Assembly (NCBI GenBank): GCA_964655215.1
Contig: CAZZMW010000011.1
Span: forward strand, 13,417 to 77,416
DNA: 64,000 nucleotides
Origin: an uncultured Halothiobacillus sp.
Lineage (GTDB): Bacteria > Pseudomonadota > Gammaproteobacteria > Halothiobacillales > Halothiobacillaceae
Direction: 5' to 3'
Made by a program: the position numbers and the translations under genes. The notes beneath the pieces are model-generated. The model had not been told where the DNA came from. It made no database searches and was given only the letters and a program-made list of their open reading frames with translations. Positions 18,911 through 29,653 of the stretch are shown here, piece after piece. The stretch's first letter is position 1. Each line of letters begins with the position of its first letter.

Positions 18911-19383
18911 CGATCATTCCCCTCTGAAAGTAGGTGTGTTAAATCCCGTCAAATACGTCCGCGTCACAAATCCATTGTTCAACAAGTTTCTGGCTTGATC
19001 CGATGATTTCAGTATTGAAAGTTGGGTCCAAACGGATATCAGTTTTGTACGGATAATGAGAAAGACCCCTTGGATACATTCCATCACACCAGAAAATCAT
19101 GTCTTACAATTCGTACCATAAGCTTATTATTTTTCTGTGTAAACAATGCATCTATACGGGTTCGTACGTAGATTCACGTGCAGCAAAATTCCCCTGGATT
19201 CATAAATCAGAAATATAACTTCGCCATGTTGATGATTTTATTAGATGTTCTTTTGCGCTGGTTTGATGCAGGGCATGCCGAGTACTTCTTGCGGATTTCT
19301 GCGAAAATATCGATTAATAATCATGGAGCCTATGTTGGCTGGATACATTTATATCTGAGTATGGCTTGTTACAGGTTAAAGCG

Positions 19384-20241
19384 ATGCGATTGAAAATCTT
19401 TAAAACCTTCTGGGGTTTCACAAGTGACCATGAGGCCCTGGTTGCCTGTGCGGTGGAGCAGGGATATGACGGCGTCGAAGCGCCTGCGCCAGAGGATGAT
19501 CGTCAAAGGGAACGTTTTGCCCAGGCATTGAAGCAAAGTGGCTTGTCCTACATTGCCGAGATCTGTACCGCGGGAAGCTTCGTTCCGGATCGACGAGCCA
19601 CGCCGCAAATGCATTTGGATTCATTGGCTCAGAAGCTTGAATCCAGCGTTGAGTTTTCACCCTTGTTCGTCACCAGTTTGGCTGGGTGTGACGCCTGGCC
19701 TGAAGAGCAAAGCATGCGTTTTTTTGAACAGGCGATGGCGTTGGCCGATGACCATCATATCGACATAAATTTCGAAACTCACCGCAGCAGATCTTTTTTC
19801 AATCCGTGGGTTACGGCTCGTATCGCTAGTGCTTTGCCACAATTGCGATTAACTGCGGATTTTAGCCACTGGTGCGTGGTGTGTGAGCGGCTTATGGATA
19901 CCGAGATTGATGTGATCCGGACGTTGGCGCCGCGAGTCCGACACATACATGCGCGCGTCGGCTATGACCAGGGTGCGCAAGTCCCGCATCCTGCTGCACC
20001 TGAGTATTCAGCTGCTTTAAAAGCGCATCAGTGCTGGTGGCAGATGATATGGCAGAGCCAGAAAGATGCCGGAGTAAGCGTCACGACCATGACACCGGAG
20101 TTCGGTCCAGACGGTTACCTTCATCAATTACCGTTTACCGGCGCACCGGTGGCCGATCTGGAAGAAATAAACCTCTGGATGGCTGGCACTGAACGTCAAC
20201 AATTTTCAGCCTTCCTGAATAAAAACGCTGTAGAGGACTAA
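19384..20241 (+). CDS. sugar-phosphate isomerase/epimerase-like (xylose isomerase-type TIM barrel) protein
   Basis: Size and sequence pattern (GYDGVE ... ETH ... H.H.R.G) suggest AP-endonuclease-2 / xylose-isomerase-like TIM-barrel proteins. Function unknown. Confidence 0.55.
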   Translation: MRLKIFKTFWGFTSDHEALVACAVEQGYDGVEAPAPEDDRQRERFAQALKQSGLSYIAEICTAGSFVPDRRATPQMHLDSLAQKLESSVEFSPLFVTSLAGCDAWPEEQSMRFFEQAMALADDHHIDINFETHRSRSFFNPWVTARIASALPQLRLTADFSHWCVVCERLMDTEIDVIRTLAPRVRHIHARVGYDQGAQVPHPAAPEYSAALKAHQCWWQMIWQSQKDAGVSVTTMTPEFGPDGYLHQLPFTGAPVADLEEINLWMAGTERQQFSAFLNKNAVED

Positions 20242-20511
20242 GTATTCGGCATCTTTTTGAATCGTTGTTGGAGAATGTTCGCTCGTTGAAATTTGCCGAA
20301 TGGTCTTGCGCAGTTTGGCAAGTCATCCACGATGAATGCCATAGAGAAACCTCACCATGACCTTCACACCACCATCAAACGCATCGTAGATCTCAACCGC
20401 GCGGGCAAAACGACAAAACGACATTGGCTAGCACACAATTGCTCCAGGTTGATCGATGTTCCGACGAGGTAGTCTTCAATTGGAGAAATTGAAATCAGCG
20501 GTCTCATTTAC

Positions 20512-21963
20512 CTACCGAACAGATTTCGATTTGACTGCGAGAATTGCCTGGTTGCGCAGTGTGCGTAAGCTATTGGCGTTACCTTCGTGAAAGACGTTAT
20601 TTTTGCCTTCCAGGTAGATAAGTCCGAATGGTGCCCGATTGATGTAAAGCGGCAAGACTTCTGCCATATCCGATTTCCCCGAAAATTGCCAATCTGCGAT
20701 GTCATCACTAGGCATGGCGGGGCGGGGTAGGGCTCGATCCTCGGCCGACTGGAACGTTTGAGCAATCCGGGAATTTCCCTTCAACGATATAGGCATTTGT
20801 GTACGAAGCCGTGCGTACAGGGGGCCTTCACCCATTTTCGGTACTAGTTGCCAGTTATTCCGATCAAGCATGTAGAGCGCAGCCAAGTCCAGATTGAGTC
20901 CCTCGGCCATTGCTTTCAGAATCAGACCGAATATATCGCCCAGTTTGTAATCGCTCATCAATTTGACGGTGACATCTTCAATGCAGCGAGTCAGTACTTC
21001 CGAGCGCTGTTCGTTTGAGGCGGCTGTCGGCATGGTGTCTATGGGCAGTTGATCATCATTTTCCATGCTCATGCGTTGTAAAAACGCCGGCTTCGCCTGG
21101 GTTTGAACCAGCATGGACTCGTATTCTTGGATGTGCGCACGGGCATCGTTTACTGCTTCTTGATACAGCATTGGATCGATCCCCGCGGCTTTGGCCAGCT
21201 CAGCCATTCCCTGCTGCATTTGCGCAAAGGTGGCCGCATTGGCCATGATCGATGCCGTCTCGTTAGCCAAGCGACCGATTGCCTGAGCTTTTGCCGTGGG
21301 GTTGAGACCCATAAGCTTGCCGGGCGTAGCGCGTGTGGTCAGAAAACGTCGTGCAGATTCGGGCAATCCCCATTGCTGACAGACATCCCGGGCAAGCGCC
21401 GCTGGTAGAACACCGGTCACGGCATGTATCGCGCTCGATTCATCCAAACCATCAACATTCTGGGCGCGCTCAATTTCCGAAAGCACCTCTGGCGCATGGC
21501 GGTAGATCAGTAAGGCGCCAAAGTCCTGGAATAGTGCACTTAGAAACATCTCCTCTACAGTGAAACCCCCTATATGACTGGCTAGGTTCTTGGCAAGGAA
21601 GGCCTGAAAGAGGGCTTGCAAGAAACGGCTTTGAAGCAATTTACCGTGTTGCTTGCACTCGATTTGCTCGAAAAGCGACATGGCCAGTGCCGCCATGCGG
21701 ATTTCTTCGAACCCCATCAGAGTAACTGCGCGGGAGATTGTCGTTACCTGACCACCAAGATGTCGATATTCAACGGCGTTGGCCAGGCGCAAAATCCGAT
21801 GCGTAAGTGCCGGATCCTTGAGGATGAGCTTGACGAGTTCGTCCGACGAGGCGAGATCATTTTCTATGACGCGATAGGCCTCCTGAACAGTACGCGCAAA
21901 GGCGGGAAAATCAGGACTGGCAGCAATGCGTTTGAGTAAAATTTGGTGGAAATCGTCTTTCAA
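20512..21963 (-). CDS. HDOD-domain signalling protein with C-terminal GAF-like region
   Basis: LILKDPALTHRILRLANAVEYRHLGGQVTTISRAVTLMGFEEIRMAALAMSLF is a typical HDOD core. Confidence 0.75.
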   Translation of the reverse strand: MKDDFHQILLKRIAASPDFPAFARTVQEAYRVIENDLASSDELVKLILKDPALTHRILRLANAVEYRHLGGQVTTISRAVTLMGFEEIRMAALAMSLFEQIECKQHGKLLQSRFLQALFQAFLAKNLASHIGGFTVEEMFLSALFQDFGALLIYRHAPEVLSEIERAQNVDGLDESSAIHAVTGVLPAALARDVCQQWGLPESARRFLTTRATPGKLMGLNPTAKAQAIGRLANETASIMANAATFAQMQQGMAELAKAAGIDPMLYQEAVNDARAHIQEYESMLVQTQAKPAFLQRMSMENDDQLPIDTMPTAASNEQRSEVLTRCIEDVTVKLMSDYKLGDIFGLILKAMAEGLNLDLAALYMLDRNNWQLVPKMGEGPLYARLRTQMPISLKGNSRIAQTFQSAEDRALPRPAMPSDDIADWQFSGKSDMAEVLPLYINRAPFGLIYLEGKNNVFHEGNANSLRTLRNQAILAVKSKSVR

Positions 21964-22288
21964 GGGATAGGCTTACTGAAATGGGTACTTAACGCGCCGT
22001 AATCTACCATGTTTTGAGCTGGAATTAGCTGATCCACCGTGTCAAAGCTGCATAGTGCCAAGAAAATTCAGGTTACCATGACTACAGCACTCAGTTTGAT
22101 AACCTAATGTGTAGTATAACAATGTAAATAGGCATTCCCTGTGGCTGCGTGCTCTGAACTGGCTTGCGCTTGATTCTGAAGAGTTTCTTATGTTCAGGTG
22201 CGTTCATAACTTGGAAGCCGGATTCTCTATTGGCAATGGTTTACTCTTTAATCATGAATTTATTACTACCATGTGAGCGTCGATTGCT

Positions 22289-24775
22289 GTGACAAAATTC
22301 AGTGAACTGGATATTGGTGTAGATGGCATGACTTGCGCGTCGTGTAGCTCGCGAGTGGAGCGTGGTCTTGCCAGCCTTCCAGGTGTGGCTTCCGCCAGTG
22401 TGAATCTCGCCACTGAACAGGCAACGATCCAATTCGACCCACAACAGGTAAGTCCTGCCGAGGTAGTCGAAGTCATCAGGGATGTTGGATATACACCTGT
22501 TGTTGCCGAGATAGATCTCGCTATCGAAGGGATGACGTGCGCTTCTTGCGTCGGGCGAGTTGAGCGTGCACTGAAACATTTGCCTGCTGTACTGGATGCC
22601 GAGGTGAATCTAGCGACCGAACGCGCCCATGTTCGCTATATTCCAGCGATGGTTGGTCCGGATGAGTTGATTGTCGCGGTAACTGGGGCTGGCTATGGTG
22701 CCAGCCTTGCCGAAGGTGTTGAGTCGGGTGATAACCGTCAGCATGAGAACCTCATCGCCATGAAGCGTGATGTGATTCTGGCTGTTAGCTTCTCCCTGAT
22801 GATCATGTTGTTGTCCATGGGCGTCATGTTCATACCGGCATTGGGACGAATGTTGGTTGGAATCAGCCCGTTCCAGGATTTTTGGGATTGGGTCCAACTG
22901 CTCCTTGCCTCAGTTGTACTGTTCGGCCCCGGTCGCCGTTTTTTCAAACCGGGGCTCATCGCCTATCGCCACCTATCGCCTGACATGAACTCACTTGTCG
23001 CGACCGGTACTGGCGCGGCCTACGCTTATAGTGTGTTGGTTCTCGTTCTGCCTGCCTTGTTTCCGACCGAGGCCAGGCATGTTTATTTTGACTCGTCTGC
23101 GGTGGTCATCGCGGCCGTATTGGCAGGCAAATATCTTGAGGCACTTGCCAAAGGCAGAACGTCCGCTGCTATTCGCAAACTCATCGATTTACAGGCGAAA
23201 ATGGCACACATCCTGGATGAGTCCGATGTCGAGCGAGACGTGCCTTTGGCTCAGTTGCACAAAGGTGATCGATTTGTCGTGCGCCCTGGAGAGCGAATTC
23301 CGACGGATGGGCGAGTAATTGAGGGACGCGCCCATATCGACCAATCGATGCTGACGGGAGAACCATTGCCTGTCGCCAAAGGGCAGGGCGATGAGGTCGT
23401 CGGGGGTACGGTCGATCAGGATGGACGGTTGGTGATTGAGGCGACTTCAGTTGGTCGTGATACCGTTCTGGCTCAGATCATCAAGCTGGTTGAAAGTGCT
23501 CAGACAGGTAAGCTGCCGATACAGGGTCTGGCCGATCGCGTTGTTCGCGTGTTTACGCCCGTTGTGCTGGCCATAGCGCTTATTACATTCATCACCTGGA
23601 TTGTACTGACCGGCAATGTGAGTGTGGCGCTTGTCGCCGCAGTCGCCGTGCTGGTGGTTGCCTGTCCCTGTGCCATGGGATTGGCAACGCCCGCCGCCAT
23701 TATGGTGGGCACGGGGCGTGCAGCAGAGTTGGGTGTGCTTTTTCGCAAAGGTGAAGCATTGGAAGCACTTTCCCGAGTGGATACGGTTCTGTTCGATAAG
23801 ACGGGGACATTGACTGAAGGTCGTCCGACTTTATCGGATATCGGTGGCCCATCACCCGATGAAGCGCTACGTATGGCGGCGGCTCTTGAAGGTGCATCCG
23901 AGCATCCTCTGGGGCGTGCTATTGTGACTGCTGCAGCACAGCGCGGTGTCGTTACGCTTGTTGCCGAGGACTTTCGTTCAGTCGTCGGTGATGGGATTGA
24001 AGGCATGATTGAAGGACGCAAGGTGCGTGTCGGTTCCCGCCATTTTCTCGAGCGTGAAGGTGTGGAGCTTGGCTCAAATCTAACTGAAGCCGCACGGTTT
24101 GAAGAAGCTGGCCAAACGGCAGTATTTGTCTCTGCAGATAGCACGTTTCTCGGCTGGCTGGCGATTGCTGATCGAGTCAAACCCGAAGCAAAAAGCGTGG
24201 TTGATGCCTTGCGCCAGCGTGGTATCAACATCGCCATGGTGACCGGCGATGCCCAGCGGACCGCTCGAACGGTTGCCGCATCGCTGGGTATTGATGAAGT
24301 GCACGCAGAAATTCGACCACAGGATAAGGCCAAGGTGGTCATCGAATTTCAATCTAAAGGACGTCGCATTGCATTCGTTGGCGACGGTATCAATGATGCG
24401 CCTGCTTTGGCTCAAGCTGATGTCGGCATTGCGCTGGCTTCGGGAACAGATATCGCCATCGAGGCAGCCGATGTCACCCTTACTCGTGGCCAATTGCGCG
24501 AGGTGGTTACGGCAATAACGGTCGCTCGACACACCTTATCCAATATTCGAGGCAATCTGTTTTGGGCCTTCTTTTACAATATTCTTTTGATCCCCATTGC
24601 TGCGGGCGTAGCCGTTTCAATCGGCATTCATCTGAATCCGATGGTGGCCGGTGTGGCAATGGGCTTATCCTCCGTGTTTGTACTGGGGAACAGTCTTCGT
24701 CTCAAAGGGCTCAAAGCGTTTCAACCAGACCAGATCACCCAATCAACCGATATTTCGTCTCACCCTAAAACCTAG
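22289..24775 (+). CDS. copA: Cu(I)-exporting P1B-type ATPase
   Basis: Two N-terminal HMA domains (GMTCASC x2), CPC motif ([11 protein letters not shown]), [20 protein letters not shown] start. Confidence 0.92.
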   Translation: MTKFSELDIGVDGMTCASCSSRVERGLASLPGVASASVNLATEQATIQFDPQQVSPAEVVEVIRDVGYTPVVAEIDLAIEGMTCASCVGRVERALKHLPAVLDAEVNLATERAHVRYIPAMVGPDELIVAVTGAGYGASLAEGVESGDNRQHENLIAMKRDVILAVSFSLMIMLLSMGVMFIPALGRMLVGISPFQDFWDWVQLLLASVVLFGPGRRFFKPGLIAYRHLSPDMNSLVATGTGAAYAYSVLVLVLPALFPTEARHVYFDSSAVVIAAVLAGKYLEALAKGRTSAAIRKLIDLQAKMAHILDESDVERDVPLAQLHKGDRFVVRPGERIPTDGRVIEGRAHIDQSMLTGEPLPVAKGQGDEVVGGTVDQDGRLVIEATSVGRDTVLAQIIKLVESAQTGKLPIQGLADRVVRVFTPVVLAIALITFITWIVLTGNVSVALVAAVAVLVVACPCAMGLATPAAIMVGTGRAAELGVLFRKGEALEALSRVDTVLFDKTGTLTEGRPTLSDIGGPSPDEALRMAAALEGASEHPLGRAIVTAAAQRGVVTLVAEDFRSVVGDGIEGMIEGRKVRVGSRHFLEREGVELGSNLTEAARFEEAGQTAVFVSADSTFLGWLAIADRVKPEAKSVVDALRQRGINIAMVTGDAQRTARTVAASLGIDEVHAEIRPQDKAKVVIEFQSKGRRIAFVGDGINDAPALAQADVGIALASGTDIAIEAADVTLTRGQLREVVTAITVARHTLSNIRGNLFWAFFYNILLIPIAAGVAVSIGIHLNPMVAGVAMGLSSVFVLGNSLRLKGLKAFQPDQITQSTDISSHPKT

Positions 24776-24786
24776 AGGTATTACCC

Positions 24787-25182
24787 ATGAGTTCTTATGT
24801 TTTCTCCGTCACCAGCCCTAAAGATTACGAATCAACCATACCAATGGTTACCGAGGCGTTGAAGCAGGAGGGTTTTGGTGTGCTGACTACGATCGATGTG
24901 GCTGCCACACTCAAAGCAAAATTAGGTATCGAACGAAAGCCTTACATTATCCTGGGTGCCTGTAACCCGAACTTTGCCCATCAGGCATTGGAAGCCGAAC
25001 CGGATATCGGTGCTCTGTTGCCCTGTAACGTTGTCGTGCGAACCGAACCGGATGACACGGTAAGTGTCGTATTTATGGATCCGGTATCCGTTCTGGGGAT
25101 GGTCAGCCGCCCCGGGGTGGACAAACTCGGTCACGAGGTTCGTGAAAGGCTCATGCGTGTTGCTGAATCAGTACGCGGTTAG
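24787..25182 (+). CDS. DUF302-domain protein
   Basis: GFGVLTTIDVAATLKAKLG...YIILGACNP..A..AL...DIGALLPCNVVV pattern. Confidence 0.7.
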   Translation: MSSYVFSVTSPKDYESTIPMVTEALKQEGFGVLTTIDVAATLKAKLGIERKPYIILGACNPNFAHQALEAEPDIGALLPCNVVVRTEPDDTVSVVFMDPVSVLGMVSRPGVDKLGHEVRERLMRVAESVRG

Positions 25183-25212
25183 TGGAAGCACTTCGAATCA
25201 GGGGGATCAACA

Positions 25213-25419
25213 ATGAGTGAAATCAAGTTGAAGATTACCGGCATGACCTGCGAACACTGCGTTCGCGCGGTTACCAAAGTACTAAAAGGTGTGCCGGGTG
25301 TAACCGATGCTGAAGTTACCTTGCAGCCGGGTTCCGCAGTCGTTCATGGCGAGATGGCCCCGGCGGATCTTATTTCAGCAGTGACCAGTGAAGGTTATGC
25401 AGCAGAGGTTCAGTCTTGA
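25213..25419 (+). CDS. copZ: copper chaperone, HMA domain
   Basis: 68 aa with the GMTCEHC metal-binding loop. Confidence 0.85.
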   Translation: MSEIKLKITGMTCEHCVRAVTKVLKGVPGVTDAEVTLQPGSAVVHGEMAPADLISAVTSEGYAAEVQS

Positions 25420-25691
25420 GTACCGCACCTCAGATCACGAGCGCCTCTGTATTGCTTTACACCAGTCCCGGTTGTCCTGATTGTGCAGCCATCCGCAGCT
25501 ATCTCAATGCACATCAGATTGATTTCGAAGAGCGCAGCGTGGCAACCCCTGGTGTGGCCGATGAGGCCAAATCCCGTTATGGCGTGCGTGTCGCACCGAT
25601 TACTGTTATTGCAGGCAATGCAATATGGGGGACCTTCACTGAACAGAAGCCGAGGCTTGATGCCATGTTCGGGAAAACTGTAACGCGATAG
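25416..25691 (+). CDS. glutaredoxin-like thioredoxin-fold protein
   Basis: LYTSPGCPDCAAIRSYL (CPxC). TTG start overlaps the copZ stop. Confidence 0.6.
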   Translation: MSTAPQITSASVLLYTSPGCPDCAAIRSYLNAHQIDFEERSVATPGVADEAKSRYGVRVAPITVIAGNAIWGTFTEQKPRLDAMFGKTVTR

Positions 25692-25775
25692 ACATTGCTC
25701 CTGGTTCCCCACCTTAACCTAAAGGCAATCTGAACATTGATTGGGACGTGCCACAAACCGGTGACAAAACCTGCT

Positions 25776-27083
25776 CTATGGTGTGATTTTTCGGTATTCG
25801 TGGTTGTCCGTGTCGCCAACGTAGACATTGCCCAACGCATCAGTTGCCACGCCAACGGGGTTGTTGAACGAAGCACTCGCGGCGGGGCCATCTGTCGATC
25901 CTGGTGTTGTTGAACCCGCCAGCGTGGTGACCATACGTGTTGCCAGATCTATTTTTCTAATCTCATTATTGCCGTCTGCGACATAGAGGACGGTGTCATC
26001 GGTGCTAAGTGCCACGCCCTTGGGTGCCGAGAATGAGGCAGCCGTACCAATACCATCCGAGGAACCAGCCGTGGTTGAACCTGCCAATGTCGTCGCAACA
26101 CCAGCCGGCGTGATTTTTCGAATTTCGTTGTTGTCGACATCACCGACATACACATTGCCATTGGTATCGACAGCAATCCCCTTGGGATGATTGAACGATG
26201 CGGCAGAACCTACACCATCCGCGGAGCCAGCTGTGACAGAACCCGCCAATGTCGTCACAACACCAGCCGGTGTTATTTTGCGGATGGCGTTGTTATTGAA
26301 ATCGGCAATGTAGAAGTTGCCGTTTCTGTCCAGCTTAACGCCTTTGGGATAGTGAAAGGAGGCGGCCGTACCGGTGCCATCAACAAAACCTGGAGTCGTT
26401 GACCCGGCAAAAGTGCTGACTGCACCGGTCGCTAAATCGATTTTGCGAATTTCGTTGTTATACGAATCGGCAACATAGAGGGTTGCTCCATCGTTGGACA
26501 AGGCCACATCGGTTGGATAGTTGAATCCTGCGGCACCGCCGATGCCGTCAGCACTTCCAGAGGTTGTTGAACCCGCCAGGGTGCTTACCATGCCGATCGG
26601 AGAGATTTTTCGAATTTCGAAATTGTTGGTGTCGGCGACGTACAGATTGCCACTGGTATCGACTACAACACCAGTTGGATAGTAAAAGGACGCTGCAGGA
26701 CCGAGTCCATCGGCCGAGCCATAAGTCGTGGAGCCTGCCAATGTCGATACCGTCGGTGGGGAGCAAACAACGCTGATATTCGTGACATTGGTTGCATTGA
26801 TGATGCCGCTGCCATTCGTTATGTTGCAGGTTTCACCATTAGGTTGCGTACCAACCGTTACGGTGTAGGCCGTCCCATTTCCGAACATTCTAGCGAACGA
26901 AAAGTCACCATTGGCTGTTAGGACCAGTGTTTCTCCCCCACCTTCCACTAGCGTAAGCGAAGCGGCGCTATCAAGCCCGGATACTGACCCTCCCAAGGTG
27001 TAAAAGGTCGCGTTACAGGCGGCCAAACCGAGGGAAAGCGCAACTACGGTTACTTTAGGAATAAGACATTTGAGGGGCGTCAT
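25776..27083 (-). CDS. NHL-repeat beta-propeller lipoprotein
   Basis: Lipobox LGLAAC. An Ig-like N-terminal region is followed by about 7 repeats of YP.GV..D..GN.YVAD..NN.IRKI. Confidence 0.8.
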   Translation of the reverse strand: MTPLKCLIPKVTVVALSLGLAACNATFYTLGGSVSGLDSAASLTLVEGGGETLVLTANGDFSFARMFGNGTAYTVTVGTQPNGETCNITNGSGIINATNVTNISVVCSPPTVSTLAGSTTYGSADGLGPAASFYYPTGVVVDTSGNLYVADTNNFEIRKISPIGMVSTLAGSTTSGSADGIGGAAGFNYPTDVALSNDGATLYVADSYNNEIRKIDLATGAVSTFAGSTTPGFVDGTGTAASFHYPKGVKLDRNGNFYIADFNNNAIRKITPAGVVTTLAGSVTAGSADGVGSAASFNHPKGIAVDTNGNVYVGDVDNNEIRKITPAGVATTLAGSTTAGSSDGIGTAASFSAPKGVALSTDDTVLYVADGNNEIRKIDLATRMVTTLAGSTTPGSTDGPAASASFNNPVGVATDALGNVYVGDTDNHEYRKITP

Positions 27084-27277
27084 TCAACGGGTTCCTTACC
27101 TTTTTTAGTGCGAGCAATCCGACTGTAGGCCTTGGAAGCGAAAAGCTCATTGTTTTAGAACGCTGAATTTACCACGGGATTTTGAAATATCGTCAGGATA
27201 CTTTTTACGTCAAAGTTATTGAGTGGTTGCCAGAATGCATTCCTGCGCGGGTTATTGTTTTCCTATGGAAGGTTTAA

Positions 27278-27355
27278 TCAAACGCCCATAGTTAGCCAAC
27301 ATTCGGCCTCTCGCAGGAAGCCAGTGATCTGTTCTTCACTAAAATGCTTCTTCAT
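27278..27355 (-). pseudogene. remnant of an IS3-family transposase OrfA (first ~20 codons only)
   Basis: AAAGGAG SD followed by MKKHFSEEQITGFLREAE matches the conserved N-terminus of IS3/IS407-type OrfA proteins. The frame stops after 25 codons and no further IS sequence is recognisable. Confidence 0.5.
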
Positions 27356-27399
27356 GTCTAATCTCCTTTGTTAATGGGATTGGACTCTAATTCCGGTTG

Positions 27400-28368
27400 C
27401 TACTCAATTTGGGGGAGACGTGGCTCACGATCAGACCTAGTCCGCATCAACAACAGGAACGCTTGTACGGTAAAAAGCATCGATGCGATCAGCAGGTGTA
27501 GAGGCTGGGCGATTATGGGCAGATCCTTCACGATCAGGATAATGCCCAAGAGAATCTGGGTGAGCACGATCAAGGTAAGGGCAACAAGAGTGCGTTTCAC
27601 CAGTGGCCCGCCTCCAACCAGCCGTGTGATCAGCCAAAGATTGACCAGGAACACAACCACTGCCCCAGCGATGTGGATGTTCAGCACCGGGCCAATTTTG
27701 TCCAGCCAATGCGCCCCGACATGGAGATCGCCCGAGTTCGCTCCGATCTGATCGACACGTTCGCGAACCTGCGCACCGAGACCGGTCTGCACCAGGGTGA
27801 CCAGGGTCGCAAGCGGCAAGGCGGGGAACCAGCGGTGCTTTATATCTGCTGCGACACCGCAGGATTCCGGCAAGGTCAGCGAAACCACGGCCACCAACAG
27901 CAGAATGACACCATAGGAAAGCATCATATGGGTGGTGACCACCGCCGCATGTAGATTCGTCTCGATGACGACTGCGCCCAGCCAGCCATTCAGGGTGACG
28001 AGAAAAAAGGCACCGCCAGCCAGCCAGGGCAGCCGAGCGTCATGGCGACGCGTCAAGAAAGAAAGCGCGAATGTCAGGATCGATAGAAGCCCGATGAGCG
28101 TTCCAGTCAAGCGATTGAGGTATTCTGTCCAGGTCTTTATCGGATCGAATTTCATCTTGTCATAGCCAAGCCGCGCATAAGTGTGCCTGTAGTCGGGCGG
28201 CAGATCGGCCTCGCTGAATGGCGGGACAATGCGGCCGAAGCAGGTCGGCCAATCCGGACAGCCCATGCCGGCACCCGTAGCCCGTACGGTGCTACCCACC
28301 CATATCAGGAATAGCACGGCCAGTACCGTCACGATGGCCATGATGCGCAGTTGTTTCAGTCGTTTCAT
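27400..28368 (-). CDS. ctaA: heme A synthase (COX15/CtaA)
   Basis: VRATGAGMGCPDWPTCFG motif and multi-TM protein, in an oxidase assembly cluster. Confidence 0.85.
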   Translation of the reverse strand: MKRLKQLRIMAIVTVLAVLFLIWVGSTVRATGAGMGCPDWPTCFGRIVPPFSEADLPPDYRHTYARLGYDKMKFDPIKTWTEYLNRLTGTLIGLLSILTFALSFLTRRHDARLPWLAGGAFFLVTLNGWLGAVVIETNLHAAVVTTHMMLSYGVILLLVAVVSLTLPESCGVAADIKHRWFPALPLATLVTLVQTGLGAQVRERVDQIGANSGDLHVGAHWLDKIGPVLNIHIAGAVVVFLVNLWLITRLVGGGPLVKRTLVALTLIVLTQILLGIILIVKDLPIIAQPLHLLIASMLFTVQAFLLLMRTRSDREPRLPQIE

Positions 28369-28555
28369 GCCTTGGCATCCCTCGTATCAATCCAAATATC
28401 TTCCCGGCATCCTGTACGGTGCCGTACTTACCCACTGCGTTCGCGACCGTGCTGTACCCATGCAGTCCAACGTGCCTTGAAAAAACGTCACTGCAAAATC
28501 CGAGTGCAAGGAACCATCTCATGGGGGTCCGAGCCCGACAGGATGTTAATTCTGC

Positions 28556-29545
28556 CTATTCAGGTTGCGGGTTAATGTTCGGGTTTCGCGCCCGCTTTTG
28601 CCAGGCTAGCAGGCCGGACAGCATGGCAATCGGTAGGATGAGTACACCCCAGAACCAGAGTACCCGCCCACCAATACCCAGTATTCCTCCGGTGTGCAGT
28701 GCGGCCAGCCAATCGCCCATCGAAAGGCTTGTCGGCTCTCGTGCACCGTTGCGATAGCTCTGGCCAAATGGTCCAACACTACCGGGTGCGGTGCATCGAG
28801 CCAAAGTAGTGCCGTCCGCACGCCACCAGATCATGTTGATCCGTTGCCCGGAACAGATACCCGTTAGATCCTGAGAAGCCTGGAATAGCGCCTTGTTCGG
28901 CGGTTGTAACGTGTCAAAGGAAACCCCGTCGAATACGGCCACCACGCCCGTGGTCGCGCAGACTAGCCAGACCCAGGCCGCGATTGCCACCATTCGAAAA
29001 TGTAACGTCACGGAGCGTCTTCCATTTCGACGTCGCCGACTCAACCACCCGAAAAGGAACAGAACGATCACGCCCATCGACGAAATGACCACAAGCACCT
29101 GGCCTGGTAGACCGGTGCTCAGTGATCTATGAAACCGCCCGAGCCAGTACAGGGAGTCATCGTCGGCAAGACGTTGGTCGACGATGTGTTGCCGGTATGG
29201 ATCGATGAAGATCTCCCTGGTTAGCCCTTGGGGGGCACGCACGGTTGCGACAATGGTGTCCTGGGGACGATCGGGCATTTCAAGGCTCAGCAGACGGTCT
29301 TTCGTCTGCCACTGGTGAATGAAATGCACCACTTCCGCTGGGGACATGACTTGCCCTTCGCCGACGGCCGAGACAGTCCAACGGTCGGGGGTAATCACGC
29401 GCTCGAATTCGCGGGCGAAAGCCAAACCCACACCCGAAAGTGCGACCAGCGTCACCGGAATCAATAGCACCACCCCAAGCCAGGTGTGCAGGCGAAAGGC
29501 CCAGGGCTTGCGGACACTTGGAGCCGGATTAGGCTGGAAACTCAT
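28556..29545 (-). CDS. PepSY-associated TM-helix protein
   Basis: N-terminal RLHTWLGVVLLIPVTLVALSGVGLAF pattern, four TM helices and a periplasmic PepSY-like segment. Confidence 0.65.
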   Translation of the reverse strand: MSFQPNPAPSVRKPWAFRLHTWLGVVLLIPVTLVALSGVGLAFAREFERVITPDRWTVSAVGEGQVMSPAEVVHFIHQWQTKDRLLSLEMPDRPQDTIVATVRAPQGLTREIFIDPYRQHIVDQRLADDDSLYWLGRFHRSLSTGLPGQVLVVISSMGVIVLFLFGWLSRRRRNGRRSVTLHFRMVAIAAWVWLVCATTGVVAVFDGVSFDTLQPPNKALFQASQDLTGICSGQRINMIWWRADGTTLARCTAPGSVGPFGQSYRNGAREPTSLSMGDWLAALHTGGILGIGGRVLWFWGVLILPIAMLSGLLAWQKRARNPNINPQPE

Positions 29546-29653
29546 GCCGTTAGATGCCGAAATGATAGGTGGTCACGTTGGGTGCCTCGATAAGCCAACC
29601 GCTGGCAAGTCTACGCCAACTCAACGCGAAGAGGGTGTCAGCATGCTGGCGGA

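Noticed and set aside
20323-20424. 33-codon minus-strand ORF (MSFCRFARAVEIYDAFDGGVKVMVRFLYGIHRG) in the 270-bp gap before the HDOD gene.
   Set aside because: Too short, no clear SD, and no family recognised. It could be a remnant or noise.
23500-24342. 280-aa antisense ORF inside copA. Similar long shadow ORFs occur at 9920-10462, 13339-13842, 46685-47188, 47198-47680, 47871-48530, 51145-51759, 55805-56323 and 62134-62967.
   Set aside because: All lie opposite or out of frame within confidently identified genes. They have Ala/Arg/Ser/Pro-rich low-complexity composition typical of off-frame reading of GC-biased codons, and they lack SD sequences.
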